Below, in pieces: positions 20,418-30,325 of a DNA stretch of 64,000 bases (the stretch's first letter is position 1; each line of letters starts with the position of its first letter). The stretch is taken from positions 15,871 through 79,870 of the forward strand of contig JAQBGW010000125.1 in NCBI GenBank assembly GCA_032128415.1, written 5' to 3'. Source of the DNA: Betaproteobacteria bacterium (GTDB lineage: Bacteria; Pseudomonadota; Gammaproteobacteria; Burkholderiales; SG8-41). The position numbers and the translations under genes are program-made. The notes under the pieces were generated by a model, which did no database searches, had not been told where the DNA came from, and was given only the letters and a program-made list of their open reading frames with translations.

Positions 20418-21917
20418 ATGGATACAAACACCGGCACTCTGGCAAAGTATCAAATGTTCATCGGCGGCGAGTGGGTAACCGCTGCCGCCGGTGAATATTT
20501 TCCCAGCGACAATCCTTATACCGGCAAGCCCTGGGCGTCGATTCCCCGCGGCGGCGCGGCTGACGTAGCCCGCGCAGTTGAAGCCGCACACAAAGCACTG
20601 ACCAGCGGCGAATGGCCGAAACTCACGGCTACCAAACGCGGTGCACTGCTGCGCAAGCTGGGTGACCTGATCGCGGACAAATCCAAATACCTCGCCGAGC
20701 TCGAAGTGCGCGACAACGGCAAGCTGTATGCAGAAATGAGTGCGCAGACAGCCTACATGGCGCAGTGGTATTACTACTATGGCGGACTGGCGGACAAGAT
20801 CGAAGGCCATGTCATCCCCAGCGACAAGCCCGACACTTTCAATTACACACGCTACGAACCGGTCGGCGTCGTTGCCTGCATCATTCCCTGGAATTCGCCA
20901 CTGCTGCTGGCGGCGTGGAAACTGGCACCCGCCCTGGCCGCCGGCAACACCGTGGTACTGAAGCCGTCGGAATACACTTCGGCCTCGCTGCTCGAATTCA
21001 TGAAGCTCGTCGAACAGGCGGGATTTCCGCCGGGCGTAGTCAATGTGGTTACCGGCTTCGGCCCCGAGGTTGGCACGCCGTTGGTCGAGCATCCCAAGGT
21101 GGCCAAAATCGCCTTCACCGGCTCGGACGCCACCGGCCAGCGCATCTACGAAGCAGCGGCGAAAGGCCTCAAGCGCGTCAGCATGGAACTCGGCGGCAAG
21201 TCACCCAACATCGTGTTCGAGGATGCGCAACTCGACAACGCCGTCAAAGGCGTGATCTCCGGCATCTTTGCTGCCACCGGCCAGACCTGCATCGCCGGCT
21301 CGCGGCTGCTGGTGCAGCAATCCATCCACGACCAGTTCGTGGAGAAACTGGTGGCCTTCGCCAGGACCGCAAAAATGGGCGACCCCATGAACATGGATAC
21401 CCAGGTCGGCCCGGTCACCAATCCGCCGCAGTTTGAAAAGATATTGAAATACATGGAGATCGCCAAAGGTGAAGGCGCCAAGGCCGTCCTCGGTGGCAGC
21501 AAAGCCGTGCGCCCCGAATGCGGCAACGGCTGGTTCGTCGAACCGACGATCTACACCGGTGTAAAAAACTCGATGCGCATCGCGCAGGAAGAAGTATTCG
21601 GTCCCGTGCTGTCGGTCATTCCATTCAAGGATGAAGAAGAAGCCATCGCCATCGGCAACGATGTGGTGTTCGGACTCGCTGCCGGCGTGTGGACGCAAAA
21701 CATGCGCCGCGCGTTCACCATGGCTGAAAAACTCCAGGCCGGCACAGTGTGGATCAATACCTACCGTGCAGTGTCTTACCTGTCGCCGTTCGGCGGCTAC
21801 AAGCGCTCAGGCATTGGCCGCGAGAGCGGCCAGGAAATGATCAAGGAATATCTGCAGACCAAGAGCGTGTGGATCTCCACCGCCACCGAAGTGCCCAATC
21901 CTTTCGTCATGCGTTGA
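20418..21917 (+). CDS. Aldehyde dehydrogenase
   Basis: IPWNSP, KPSE, FTGS, MELGGKS, GQTCIAGS and EEVFGP motifs. Confidence 0.95.
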   Translation: MDTNTGTLAKYQMFIGGEWVTAAAGEYFPSDNPYTGKPWASIPRGGAADVARAVEAAHKALTSGEWPKLTATKRGALLRKLGDLIADKSKYLAELEVRDNGKLYAEMSAQTAYMAQWYYYYGGLADKIEGHVIPSDKPDTFNYTRYEPVGVVACIIPWNSPLLLAAWKLAPALAAGNTVVLKPSEYTSASLLEFMKLVEQAGFPPGVVNVVTGFGPEVGTPLVEHPKVAKIAFTGSDATGQRIYEAAAKGLKRVSMELGGKSPNIVFEDAQLDNAVKGVISGIFAATGQTCIAGSRLLVQQSIHDQFVEKLVAFARTAKMGDPMNMDTQVGPVTNPPQFEKILKYMEIAKGEGAKAVLGGSKAVRPECGNGWFVEPTIYTGVKNSMRIAQEEVFGPVLSVIPFKDEEEAIAIGNDVVFGLAAGVWTQNMRRAFTMAEKLQAGTVWINTYRAVSYLSPFGGYKRSGIGRESGQEMIKEYLQTKSVWISTATEVPNPFVMR

Positions 21918-21980
21918 GTCGATTCGGGATTAGCGTCACAATCGGACGCACGGCCCATTTTAATTTACAGGAGTGCAGCA

Positions 21981-22433
21981 ATGACGTACGTAGCAGACAG
22001 CAAGCGCCTGACGCTCGCCGGTGCAAAAAAAATGATGGAAACCGCAACGGATATGGCCCGCAAAGCCAATGTAGCCATCTCGGTCGCCATTGCCGATGCC
22101 GGCGGACACATGATTCTTCTGGAACGCATGGACGGCGGGCGCTTTCATACCGTGCATTCCTCAACCACCAAGGCCGCGTGCGCCGCATCGAACAAGCGCC
22201 CCACTACAGCCAAGGGAGCAGCCGGACAGACTCTGGATACCGCACACGCCATCGGCCTGGCCCTGGCGGCCGGCCCGGAACGCTGGACGGCGATGGAAGG
22301 CGGCTATCCGGTGATCATCGACGGCGAATGTATCGGCGGTATCGGCGTCAGCGGTGGCAATTGGGAGTTCGACGACAACACGGCGCGCTCTGCAGTTGAA
22401 GCGATCGGCGCGAGCTGGAAAATCGATAAGTAA
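21981..22433 (+). CDS. GlcG/HbpS family heme-binding protein
   Basis: VAIADAGG, ERMDG, TTKA and GGYPV...GGIGVSG motifs. Confidence 0.88.
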   Translation: MTYVADSKRLTLAGAKKMMETATDMARKANVAISVAIADAGGHMILLERMDGGRFHTVHSSTTKAACAASNKRPTTAKGAAGQTLDTAHAIGLALAAGPERWTAMEGGYPVIIDGECIGGIGVSGGNWEFDDNTARSAVEAIGASWKIDK

Positions 22434-22467
22434 CTACTGAAATATTCACGATGAAGGATGATCAGGA

Positions 22468-23475
22468 ATGGCTGCAACACCGCTGAAGGTTGGCTGTCTG
22501 GGCATGGGCTGGTGGTCGGATGTACTGGCCGACGCCATGCAGCGCTCGGGCAAGTTTGAAATAGTGACTTGTTTCACCCGCTCGGCGGACAAGCGGCGTG
22601 CATTCGCCGCCAAATACGGGTGCGCTGAAGCGCCCAGCTATGAGGCGATGCTGGCCGACCGTTCGGTCGCAGCCATTATCAATACCACCCCCAATAACGT
22701 ACATCTGGAGACCACGCGTGCTGCAGCGCAGGCCGGCAAGCATGTCTTTCTGGATAAACCCATTGCCAACACCGTGAGCGACGCCAAGGCGCTGACCACC
22801 GCCTGCCGCGCTGCCAAAGTGGTGCTCGCGCTGGGTTACCAGCGGCGCAAAGAAAGCCATTTCCGCTGGGTGCGTAAACAGATCGACGACGGCGTATTCG
22901 GCAAAATGGTCAATGCTGAAGCCAACATCAGCCGTGATCGTCTGGGCAAAATAGACCTCAACTCCTGGCGCTACACGGCTGCCGGCATGCCCGGCGGCGT
23001 CATGCTGCAGATCGGCATCCACTACGCCGACGTGCTGACTTATCTGATGGGACCGATACGCAGCGTCAGCGGCAACCTCGCGCAACTGGTGCTGCCCGGT
23101 GACAATCCGGACGTAGCCAGCCTGCTCTTTGAACATGACAACGGCGCACTATCGACGCTGAACGCAAGCTATGCATCGGCCTCGGAGTATTACCAGATGA
23201 ACGTTTATGGCAAGGAAGCCAGCGCCTATTACGATCTGCATCAGGGGCTGCGTTTTCTCAAGCGCGGCGCCACGCGCTCCGAACCGATTACCTGCCCAGT
23301 TAATGACGCCATCGTTGATGAACTGGACGAGTTTGTTGCCGCAGTGCGTGGAGAGTGTCACCCTGAGATGGACGGCGAAAAAAGCACACATTCCCTCGCC
23401 GTGCTGCTGGCCGGCATCAAATCTGCGCGTGAAGGCCGGCGCGTTGAGGTGGCTGAAATCATCGGGGACGAATAA
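22468..23475 (+). CDS. Gfo/Idh/MocA family oxidoreductase
   Basis: GMGWW, TTPNNVH, GKHVFLDKP and QIGIHYAD motifs. Confidence 0.9.
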   Translation: MAATPLKVGCLGMGWWSDVLADAMQRSGKFEIVTCFTRSADKRRAFAAKYGCAEAPSYEAMLADRSVAAIINTTPNNVHLETTRAAAQAGKHVFLDKPIANTVSDAKALTTACRAAKVVLALGYQRRKESHFRWVRKQIDDGVFGKMVNAEANISRDRLGKIDLNSWRYTAAGMPGGVMLQIGIHYADVLTYLMGPIRSVSGNLAQLVLPGDNPDVASLLFEHDNGALSTLNASYASASEYYQMNVYGKEASAYYDLHQGLRFLKRGATRSEPITCPVNDAIVDELDEFVAAVRGECHPEMDGEKSTHSLAVLLAGIKSAREGRRVEVAEIIGDE

Positions 23476-23558
23476 TGCACATCCCGGCAATGCACATCCT
23501 GACAACATGGTTCCACGCAGAATCAAGAGATGCACAACACAACCCAAGGAGGAAAGAG

Positions 23559-24533
23559 ATGAAAATGCAAAATTCATTCATGCAGACAATTTACCGTACG
23601 CTCGCCATCGCAACTACTGCTGCAGCGATGACCATCACACCGGCCGGCGCGGCAGAATTTCCGGAACAACCGGTGGAAATGACCGTGCTCTTCGGCGGTT
23701 CCAGCGCAACCATTGCGCAGGTACTGGCCGATGCCATGGGCAAGCAGCTCGGCGTGGCAGTGGCCGCCGTCAGTCGCACTGGTGCGGGCGGCGCAGTAGG
23801 TTATTCGTATGTCAAATCCACGCCAGCAAACGGCTACAACATTGTGTGGAATTCCAATTCCATCAGCACCGCCCATCACAACGGCAACATGGCCTTTGAC
23901 TACAAGGCTTTCGACCCGGTGGCGCGCGTCGGCATGGAAGTGCCGGCACTGGCTGTTCGCACTGAATCAGGCTGGAAAAACCTGCAGGAATTTGCTGCGG
24001 CGGCCAAGAAACAAAAAATGAAAGTCGGCATTTCCGGGCGCGGCTCGTTCACGCATCTGGCTTCGGCCGCATTGTTCGACAAACTCGGTGTAGAGGTCAT
24101 TTACGTGCCTTACGGCAAGGGCAGCGCTCCAGTCGAGCTGCTTGCCGGTCGTGTCGACGCTGCACTGCAATGGCCTTCTCAGTTCAAGGCGCAGGCTGAT
24201 GCCGGTCAACTGCGCGTCATTGCAGTGACCAGCACCTCGCGCGTGCCGCTCATGCCGGATGTACAGACCGCCAAGGAACAAGGCTTTGACGTGGATGTCG
24301 TCATGTGGCGTGGTATCGCCACCCCCAAGGGCACACCAAAAGATGCCATCGCCAAACTTGAAGACGCTATCAAGAAAGCCGTCACCAGCGCGGAATTCAA
24401 GGAGCGCAGCGCCAAGCTCGGCTTTGAACCCTCGTTCCTGTCGGCCGCAGATTTTGGCAATGTTATTGCTGCGGATGACGCCACTATCTCCAAATTGATG
24501 GGACAGCTCGGGCTTAAGAAAAAGAAAAAATAA
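23559..24533 (+). CDS. tctC: TTT substrate-binding protein
   Basis: Signal peptide, TGAGGAVG, YVPYGKG and WRGIATPKGTP motifs. GGAGG RBS. Coupled to tctB and tctA. Confidence 0.88.
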   Translation: MKMQNSFMQTIYRTLAIATTAAAMTITPAGAAEFPEQPVEMTVLFGGSSATIAQVLADAMGKQLGVAVAAVSRTGAGGAVGYSYVKSTPANGYNIVWNSNSISTAHHNGNMAFDYKAFDPVARVGMEVPALAVRTESGWKNLQEFAAAAKKQKMKVGISGRGSFTHLASAALFDKLGVEVIYVPYGKGSAPVELLAGRVDAALQWPSQFKAQADAGQLRVIAVTSTSRVPLMPDVQTAKEQGFDVDVVMWRGIATPKGTPKDAIAKLEDAIKKAVTSAEFKERSAKLGFEPSFLSAADFGNVIAADDATISKLMGQLGLKKKKK

Positions 24534-25003
24534 TGCGCCTGGACCGCTGGCTGGGGCCCTGCGTTGCGCTGTTGGCCCTGGGCTGGTTGTGGTTGTCTTT
24601 CACCTACATCCCCGCGGCCCGGGTTGAGGGAGAACCCGGGCCGCGGGCATTCCCCATTGTGCTGGGCGCGACACTGCTCGGGCTGGGTGTCCTGATCAGT
24701 ATTGGTGCATGGTGGCGCAGTCCCCGCAAGATGCCTGCCGTCGCTGTTAAAGCCATCTCCAGCCGGGAAGCATTCATAGTCGGCGGCATATTTTCGTTGC
24801 TGATGCTCTACGCGTACGTCATGGAAAATCTGGGATTTCTGATTGCCACGCCGATGGCGATACTGCTTGCCATGAGCGGACTGCTCGGCATGCGCGAATG
24901 GCGCTTCATGCTGATATTCGCCTCCAGTGTCACTGCCGTCTGCTGGGTGTTTTTCGTCAAGCTGCTGGAGGCACCATTACCTCGCGGATTGTGGCTGATG
25001 TGA
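24533..25003 (+). CDS. tctB: TTT small permease subunit
   Basis: EPGPRAFP, four TM segments, C-terminal LPRG. Confidence 0.85.
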   Translation: MRLDRWLGPCVALLALGWLWLSFTYIPAARVEGEPGPRAFPIVLGATLLGLGVLISIGAWWRSPRKMPAVAVKAISSREAFIVGGIFSLLMLYAYVMENLGFLIATPMAILLAMSGLLGMREWRFMLIFASSVTAVCWVFFVKLLEAPLPRGLWLM

Positions 25004-25017
25004 TGCCGGAGCCTTGA

Positions 25018-26490
25018 TTGGACACGCTTGCACAAGCCTTCTCTGCAGCACTGACCCTGCAAGCTATCGGCGCTACCGTACTGGGTACGGTCATCGGGCT
25101 GTTTTTCGGGTCCATCCCCGGTCTGACGTTTTCCATGGCGCTCGCGTTGATGCTGCCTTTTACGTTCAGTATGTCGCAGACTCCGGCACTGGCGTTGCTG
25201 CTGGGAGTTTATGTCGGCGGTATGACCGGCGGTTCGGTATCGGCGATTCTGCTCGGCATCCCCGGCACCCCCTCGGCCGCCGCCACCGTATTCGATGGGC
25301 ATCCCATGGCGCAAAAGGGAGAGGCTGGGGTGGCGCTCGGCGCGGCGGTCATCGCTTCCACTTTCGGTGGCTTGTTCAGTCTGGTGGTCATGATGCTGCT
25401 GCTGGAGCAGGTTGCTGCCGTCGCCATCAAGTTCGGCCCCGCAGAAATTTTTGCTCTTGTATTGTTCGGTCTGTCGACGATCTGCGGCATGGCCGAGCGC
25501 TCGCTGACACGCGGCCTCATTGCCGGTGTGCTGGGATTGATGCTGATGATCATCGGTCTCGACGAACTCGACGGCGTCGCCCGCCTGACTTTCGGCACCG
25601 TGCAGTTGCAGCAAGGCGTGAATCTCCTGGTCGCCATGATCGGCCTGTTTGCCATACCGCAAGTCATCACGACATTTCTCAATCACGGTCGCGTGAAATC
25701 GCTGGAGATTCCATCCGATGTGCGCGCCAGTTTGCCAAGTCTGCGTCAGCTCAAGGAACATTTTTGGCTGATGGTGCGCTGTGCCGGTATCGGCACCGGC
25801 ATCGGCGCGATACCGGGAACCGGCGGACCGATTGCCGCTTTTCTGGCCTATGACCATGCACGTCGCTTCAGCAAGCGCCCCGGAGGATTCGGCAAAGGCG
25901 AACTCGCCGGCGTCATCGCACCCGAGACCGCCAACAACGCGGTAACCGGCGGCACCATGATTCCGTTACTCAGTCTGGGAATTCCGGGGGATCCTGCTAC
26001 CGCAGTCATCCTCGGCGGACTGCTGCTGCATGGACTGCAACCGGGCCCCATGCTGTTCCGCACCCACCTGTCGGCCATCTACGCCCTCTACATCGCCATC
26101 GTGCTGGCCTACGTCGTGATTCTGGTTGTGCAGATCTGGGGGATACGCGTATTCGTGCGCGTACTGCGCGTGCCGCCACACCTGCTGGCGGTGTGCATCA
26201 TTGTGATGTGTGTGCTGGGTTCCTACGCGATCCGCAATTCGATCTTCGACGTCTACCTGATGGGCGTCATGGGTCTGCTGGGTTATTTCCTGCAGCGCAT
26301 TCACATACCCATTGCGCCGGTAGTGCTGGGCCTGGTCCTGGGTGAAACGCTGGAAAATCAGTACCGCACTGCGTTGATTCTCAGCGAAGGCAGCCATGCG
26401 ATATTCATGGATAGCGGAGTGGCGGTGCTGTTCTTCGCCATCACCGCGCTGACGCTGGGCCTCCAGCTCCGATCGTCGCTACGGAAGTAA
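25018..26490 (+). CDS. tctA: TTT large permease subunit
   Basis: IPGLT, GIPGTP, APETANNA, LGIPGD and GLQPGP motifs. Confidence 0.93.
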   Translation: MDTLAQAFSAALTLQAIGATVLGTVIGLFFGSIPGLTFSMALALMLPFTFSMSQTPALALLLGVYVGGMTGGSVSAILLGIPGTPSAAATVFDGHPMAQKGEAGVALGAAVIASTFGGLFSLVVMMLLLEQVAAVAIKFGPAEIFALVLFGLSTICGMAERSLTRGLIAGVLGLMLMIIGLDELDGVARLTFGTVQLQQGVNLLVAMIGLFAIPQVITTFLNHGRVKSLEIPSDVRASLPSLRQLKEHFWLMVRCAGIGTGIGAIPGTGGPIAAFLAYDHARRFSKRPGGFGKGELAGVIAPETANNAVTGGTMIPLLSLGIPGDPATAVILGGLLLHGLQPGPMLFRTHLSAIYALYIAIVLAYVVILVVQIWGIRVFVRVLRVPPHLLAVCIIVMCVLGSYAIRNSIFDVYLMGVMGLLGYFLQRIHIPIAPVVLGLVLGETLENQYRTALILSEGSHAIFMDSGVAVLFFAITALTLGLQLRSSLRK

Positions 26491-26571
26491 ACTACAGCAT
26501 CCGGCGGCCACCCAAACAGCCAGCCGGAATCGCATTGGAGCTCGCGCGCGCTGACACTGATCTGACCCAAT

Positions 26572-26599
26572 AAAAAAGGGCGCCGCAGCGCCCTTTTTT
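26572..26599. terminator. Bidirectional Rho-independent terminator
   Basis: AAAAAAGGGCGC-CGCA-GCGCCCTTTTTT between convergent tctA and GST genes. Confidence 0.88.
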
Positions 26600-26617
26600 G
26601 ATTCCACTGCCTGCCGA

Positions 26618-27238
26618 TCACTCCGGTTTCACAAATCCCGGCGGCAGCGTTTCCTCGAACGAGGGTCGGGTGGCAACCCCCGCCAGCCACTTGGCCAGTT
26701 TCGGTGCGCGGCTGCGCCAATCGTGGGGATGGCGGAAATCCGTGTATTGCATGGCCACGCCCATCACGATATCGGCCAGACCGAATCGATTGCCAAGCAG
26801 AAACTCATTGCCTTCTTTCAGTGTTTTTTCGGCAAGATCAATGGCGCGGGCGATGCGTTTTTCCTCGCGTTCCATTTTTTCCGGCATCTGCTTTTCCGCG
26901 GGACGCCGTGTCTCGAGGATGCGGGCAATGCCGGCGTCGAGTATGCCCTGCCCCAGCGCCTGCCACCATTGCGATTGCCAGTAACCTGCCGGGTCACGCG
27001 GCGTAAACGATTTGCCGTCGGCATGATCCAGATAATGAACGACCAGCGTCGATTCAAACATATAGCTGTCAGTGCCTATTTCCAGCGCCGGCACCTTGGA
27101 CAGTGGATTTTTAATAATCACCGGGCTGTCCTCAACCCAAGGGTCCTCGACAACGAACTCCACCGGCATGGCTTTTTCATGGATCAGCACGCGCGCCTTG
27201 CGTACGTAGGGTGAAGTGGGTGAACCGTAAAGTTTCAT
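26618..27238 (-). CDS. Glutathione S-transferase family protein
   Basis: SPTSPYVRK, NPLSKVPAL, ES and LADI motifs. Confidence 0.9.
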   Translation of the reverse strand: MKLYGSPTSPYVRKARVLIHEKAMPVEFVVEDPWVEDSPVIIKNPLSKVPALEIGTDSYMFESTLVVHYLDHADGKSFTPRDPAGYWQSQWWQALGQGILDAGIARILETRRPAEKQMPEKMEREEKRIARAIDLAEKTLKEGNEFLLGNRFGLADIVMGVAMQYTDFRHPHDWRSRAPKLAKWLAGVATRPSFEETLPPGFVKPE

Positions 27239-27391
27239 GATCAAGCTGCTCCGTCGTGGTTGGGCAAACCGTCATTCTAACAGGCCACCCGCGATGTCCT
27301 GCATTCCGCGCCAGGAATGGCGCTTTATACGACCGATCTGCACTGTTAGACTGCCACCGAATAATCAATACTCACCTCGCATGATTCACAC

Positions 27392-28285
27392 ATGATCATT
27401 GTTACCAAACTGGGCAAAAACCTCGGCGCTCGCATCACCGGCGTCGATCTGTCCAAGCCTCTCGATGACACCACCTTTGACGCAGTCAGCCGGGCATTTT
27501 TTGAGCACGAAGTTGCGGTTTTTCCCGGACAGACCCTGACACCCGCGCAACAGGTCGCCTTCACCAGCCGGTTCGGCACCCTGGAACACCATGTCCGCAA
27601 GGAGGCGCGGCTCTCCGATCATCCGGAGATGTTCATCCTGTCGAATAAACTCGACGCAGAAGGAAAAGCCATCGGTGCGCAGGATGCCGGACGCTTCTGG
27701 CACAGCGATCTTTCATACAAACGCGAACCCAGTCTGTTGTCGGCGCTGTACGCAGTCGAAATTCCGCTCAAAAACGGCAAGCCGCTCGGTGACACGCATT
27801 TCGCCAGCAGCACCGCAGCCTACGCCGCGCTGCCGGACCCCATGAAGCAGAAACTGCAGGGACTGAAGAACATCCATAGTTATCGTGATTACCGGCTCAA
27901 GAATTATGCGGCGCAACAGGATGATATGCAGCGCGGTATTCGCACTGTGCAGGAACACGCGCCGACGCCGGAGCAACTGGCCAGCGTGCCCGACATGGCC
28001 ACACCGGTGGTGCGCACCCATCCCGTCACCGGACGCCGCGGACTCTTTGTCAACGAGGGACACACCTCGCACATGGCCGATATGCCGCACGAAGAAGGCG
28101 ATGCCCTGCTCCGGCAACTCTACGCCCACATCATCCAGCCTGAGTTTGTTTACACCCATCACTGGGCGCCTGGCGATCTGCTGATGTGGGACAACATCGC
28201 CGTACAGCACAAAGCCACGTTCGACTACGACCCGCTGCCACGCCTGCTCTATCGCACAACTGTGCGCGGCCCGACAGTCAACTGA
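27392..28285 (+). CDS. TauD/TfdA family Fe(II)/2-oxoglutarate dioxygenase
   Basis: WHSDLSY (HxD), GDTHF, HPVTGR and WDN..VQH...R motifs. Confidence 0.92.
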   Translation: MIIVTKLGKNLGARITGVDLSKPLDDTTFDAVSRAFFEHEVAVFPGQTLTPAQQVAFTSRFGTLEHHVRKEARLSDHPEMFILSNKLDAEGKAIGAQDAGRFWHSDLSYKREPSLLSALYAVEIPLKNGKPLGDTHFASSTAAYAALPDPMKQKLQGLKNIHSYRDYRLKNYAAQQDDMQRGIRTVQEHAPTPEQLASVPDMATPVVRTHPVTGRRGLFVNEGHTSHMADMPHEEGDALLRQLYAHIIQPEFVYTHHWAPGDLLMWDNIAVQHKATFDYDPLPRLLYRTTVRGPTVN

Positions 28286-28294
28286 GGCGACCCT

Positions 28295-29662
28295 TTGAAA
28301 GAAATCCGCATACTGTCCGCTACAGGCATGCTCGGTTCCGGCTTCCGCGAGGAAACTCTGAAACGGGCGATGACGCTAAGGCCGGATTTTATCGGTGCCG
28401 ATTCTGGTTCCACCGATCCCGGACCGCATCATCTGGGTTCCGGCGAGCCGCAATTCTCGGACGCCGCTTTCAAGCGCGACCTGCGCCTGATGCTGCTCGC
28501 CGGGCGCGCTGCTGGAATCCCGGTACTCGTCGGCTCGGCCTGTACGGCAGGCACTGATGCACAGCTGGAACGGCTGACCGGCATTGCCCGCGACATTGCG
28601 CGCGAAGAAAAATTGAATTTCAAGCTGGCGACCATCGCCTCCGAACAGGACAAAAATTATCTCAAGCGCCGACTGCGCGAGGGCCGCATCAAGCCACTGG
28701 CCAATGCCCCGGTATTCGACGAAGCGGTAATCGACAGGAGCAGCCACATTGTCGGCATGTGCGGCGCCGAACCTTATATCGAAGCACTGCAGAACGGCGC
28801 CGACGTGGTGATCGCCGGTCGCTCCAGCGATACCTCTATTTTTGCCGCAATGCCGATGATGAAAGGCTTTAATCCAGCGACCGTCTGGCACGCCGCCAAG
28901 ATCCTCGAATGCGGCGCGGCCTGTGTGGTACTGCGCAAATATCCGGATTGCATGTTCGCCACCGTCACCGACGAACATTTCACGATCGAGCCGCCAAACC
29001 CGGACTACCGCTGCGATCCGGCCAGCGTCGCGTCGCACAATCTTTACGAAAACTCCACGCCCTACGAACTGGTCGAACCCTCCGGTGTGCTGAATACCGT
29101 CAACGCGCGCTATGAGGCCGTGTCAGACCGAGCGGTGCGCGTCTCCGGCAGCACCTTCCAGAAAACAGCGTGTTATACGGTCAAGCTCGAAGGCGCGGAA
29201 CTCGCTGGCTACCAGAGCATCATCATCGGCTCCGTGCGCGATCCAATCATCCTGCGCCAGTTCGACAGCTGGCTGGAAGGCCTGCTCAAAGCCGCGCGCG
29301 ACCGCATCCGCGCGGTCATGGGTGACAGTATCGACAGCCAGTACCGGCTCGACGTGCGGCAATTCGGCCGCAATGCGGCGATGGGCGCACTCGAACCCGA
29401 AACCGCCATCGGTCATGAGGTCGGCATATTGTTTCAAGTGACTGCCCCCACGCAGAAGCTGGCCACCACGCTGGCCAAATCCGTGGGCCATATCGCCGTG
29501 CATTACCCGGTGCCGGAGTGGACCGGACTGATCACTTCCATTGCTTTCCCCTACTCGCCCGCTGAAATCGACAAAGGCGCCACTTACCGCTTCAACATGA
29601 ATCACGTGCTCGAACCGGATAACCCGCTGGAAATGTTCCGCATCGACTACGAAAAGGTATAG
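28295..29662 (+). CDS. AtuA-like (DUF1446) protein
   Basis: GMLGSG, DSGSTDPGP, IAGRSSD, HAAKILECG and HNLYEN motifs. Followed by a DUF4387 partner. Confidence 0.8.
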   Translation: MKEIRILSATGMLGSGFREETLKRAMTLRPDFIGADSGSTDPGPHHLGSGEPQFSDAAFKRDLRLMLLAGRAAGIPVLVGSACTAGTDAQLERLTGIARDIAREEKLNFKLATIASEQDKNYLKRRLREGRIKPLANAPVFDEAVIDRSSHIVGMCGAEPYIEALQNGADVVIAGRSSDTSIFAAMPMMKGFNPATVWHAAKILECGAACVVLRKYPDCMFATVTDEHFTIEPPNPDYRCDPASVASHNLYENSTPYELVEPSGVLNTVNARYEAVSDRAVRVSGSTFQKTACYTVKLEGAELAGYQSIIIGSVRDPIILRQFDSWLEGLLKAARDRIRAVMGDSIDSQYRLDVRQFGRNAAMGALEPETAIGHEVGILFQVTAPTQKLATTLAKSVGHIAVHYPVPEWTGLITSIAFPYSPAEIDKGATYRFNMNHVLEPDNPLEMFRIDYEKV

Positions 29663-29928
29663 AGCGCCTAACAGAATGAAACACACGATGCGCTGTCACG
29701 ATTTTTGCTCAGGGAAAGGAACACGCCGCAGTGCATATCGCGAATATGCACAAGGCGGGTGACGCAGCCATGAGCAAAAATTCGTGCCAGCCCGAAGGGT
29801 TACGGCTAAAATCGGCGCTGACTTTGTCGACCGGCTTGGCCTTATTCGCGATAAGGCCTGCGCCGTTCTTCGCGTCATCGCCGATTTTCGCGCGTAACGC
29901 ACGCGTGTTTCATTCTGTTAGGCGCTCT
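29661..29928. mobile_element. Non-autonomous MITE-like element, ~267 bp, 27-bp terminal inverted repeats
   Basis: AGAGCGCCTAACAGAATGAAACACACG (29661-29687) versus its inverted copy at 29902-29928 (1 mismatch). TA/TAG is duplicated at the ends. No transposase. Interior forms two branched hairpin arms. Confidence 0.75.
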
Positions 29929-29934
29929 TAGACG

Positions 29935-30243
29935 ATGATGAAACTCTGGCAAGTTACCAAACTGATCCGCAGCAAGAACTCGGGACCGTTTGAGCTGACA
30001 TTCGATGTGATATTCAAGGATCGCGCCACATACGAAAAGGTGCGCGACGCCAAAATCATCAACGCCGCCTGGTTCGCCAAAACCTACCGGCTCAAACCCG
30101 AAGTGGTCACCATCATCGATTACGATGCTGCGACGGCGATCAAGATCACCATTCCACGCCCTGTAATTTCCGGAGATATCACCGATGGTGATGTATTTGG
30201 CGGTCAGCAGTACGGCCCGCTGGTGGATCTGGAAGTGCCGTAA
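29935..30243 (+). CDS. DUF4387 family protein
   Basis: IRSKNSGPFELTFD, AIKITIPR and DVFGGQQYGPL motifs. Confidence 0.85.
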   Translation: MMKLWQVTKLIRSKNSGPFELTFDVIFKDRATYEKVRDAKIINAAWFAKTYRLKPEVVTIIDYDAATAIKITIPRPVISGDITDGDVFGGQQYGPLVDLEVP

Positions 30244-30325
30244 AGGCCGGCGTCAGACGCGCCGGCTCGTCACCCCGGTGACGCACGAACAAGCGAAAAA
30301 CCGCTGACCTGGGTGCGACAGCCGC

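Noticed and set aside
29696-29931. Short ORFs inside the MITE-like element
   Set aside because: No transposase motifs or RBS. The sequence is explained by secondary structure.
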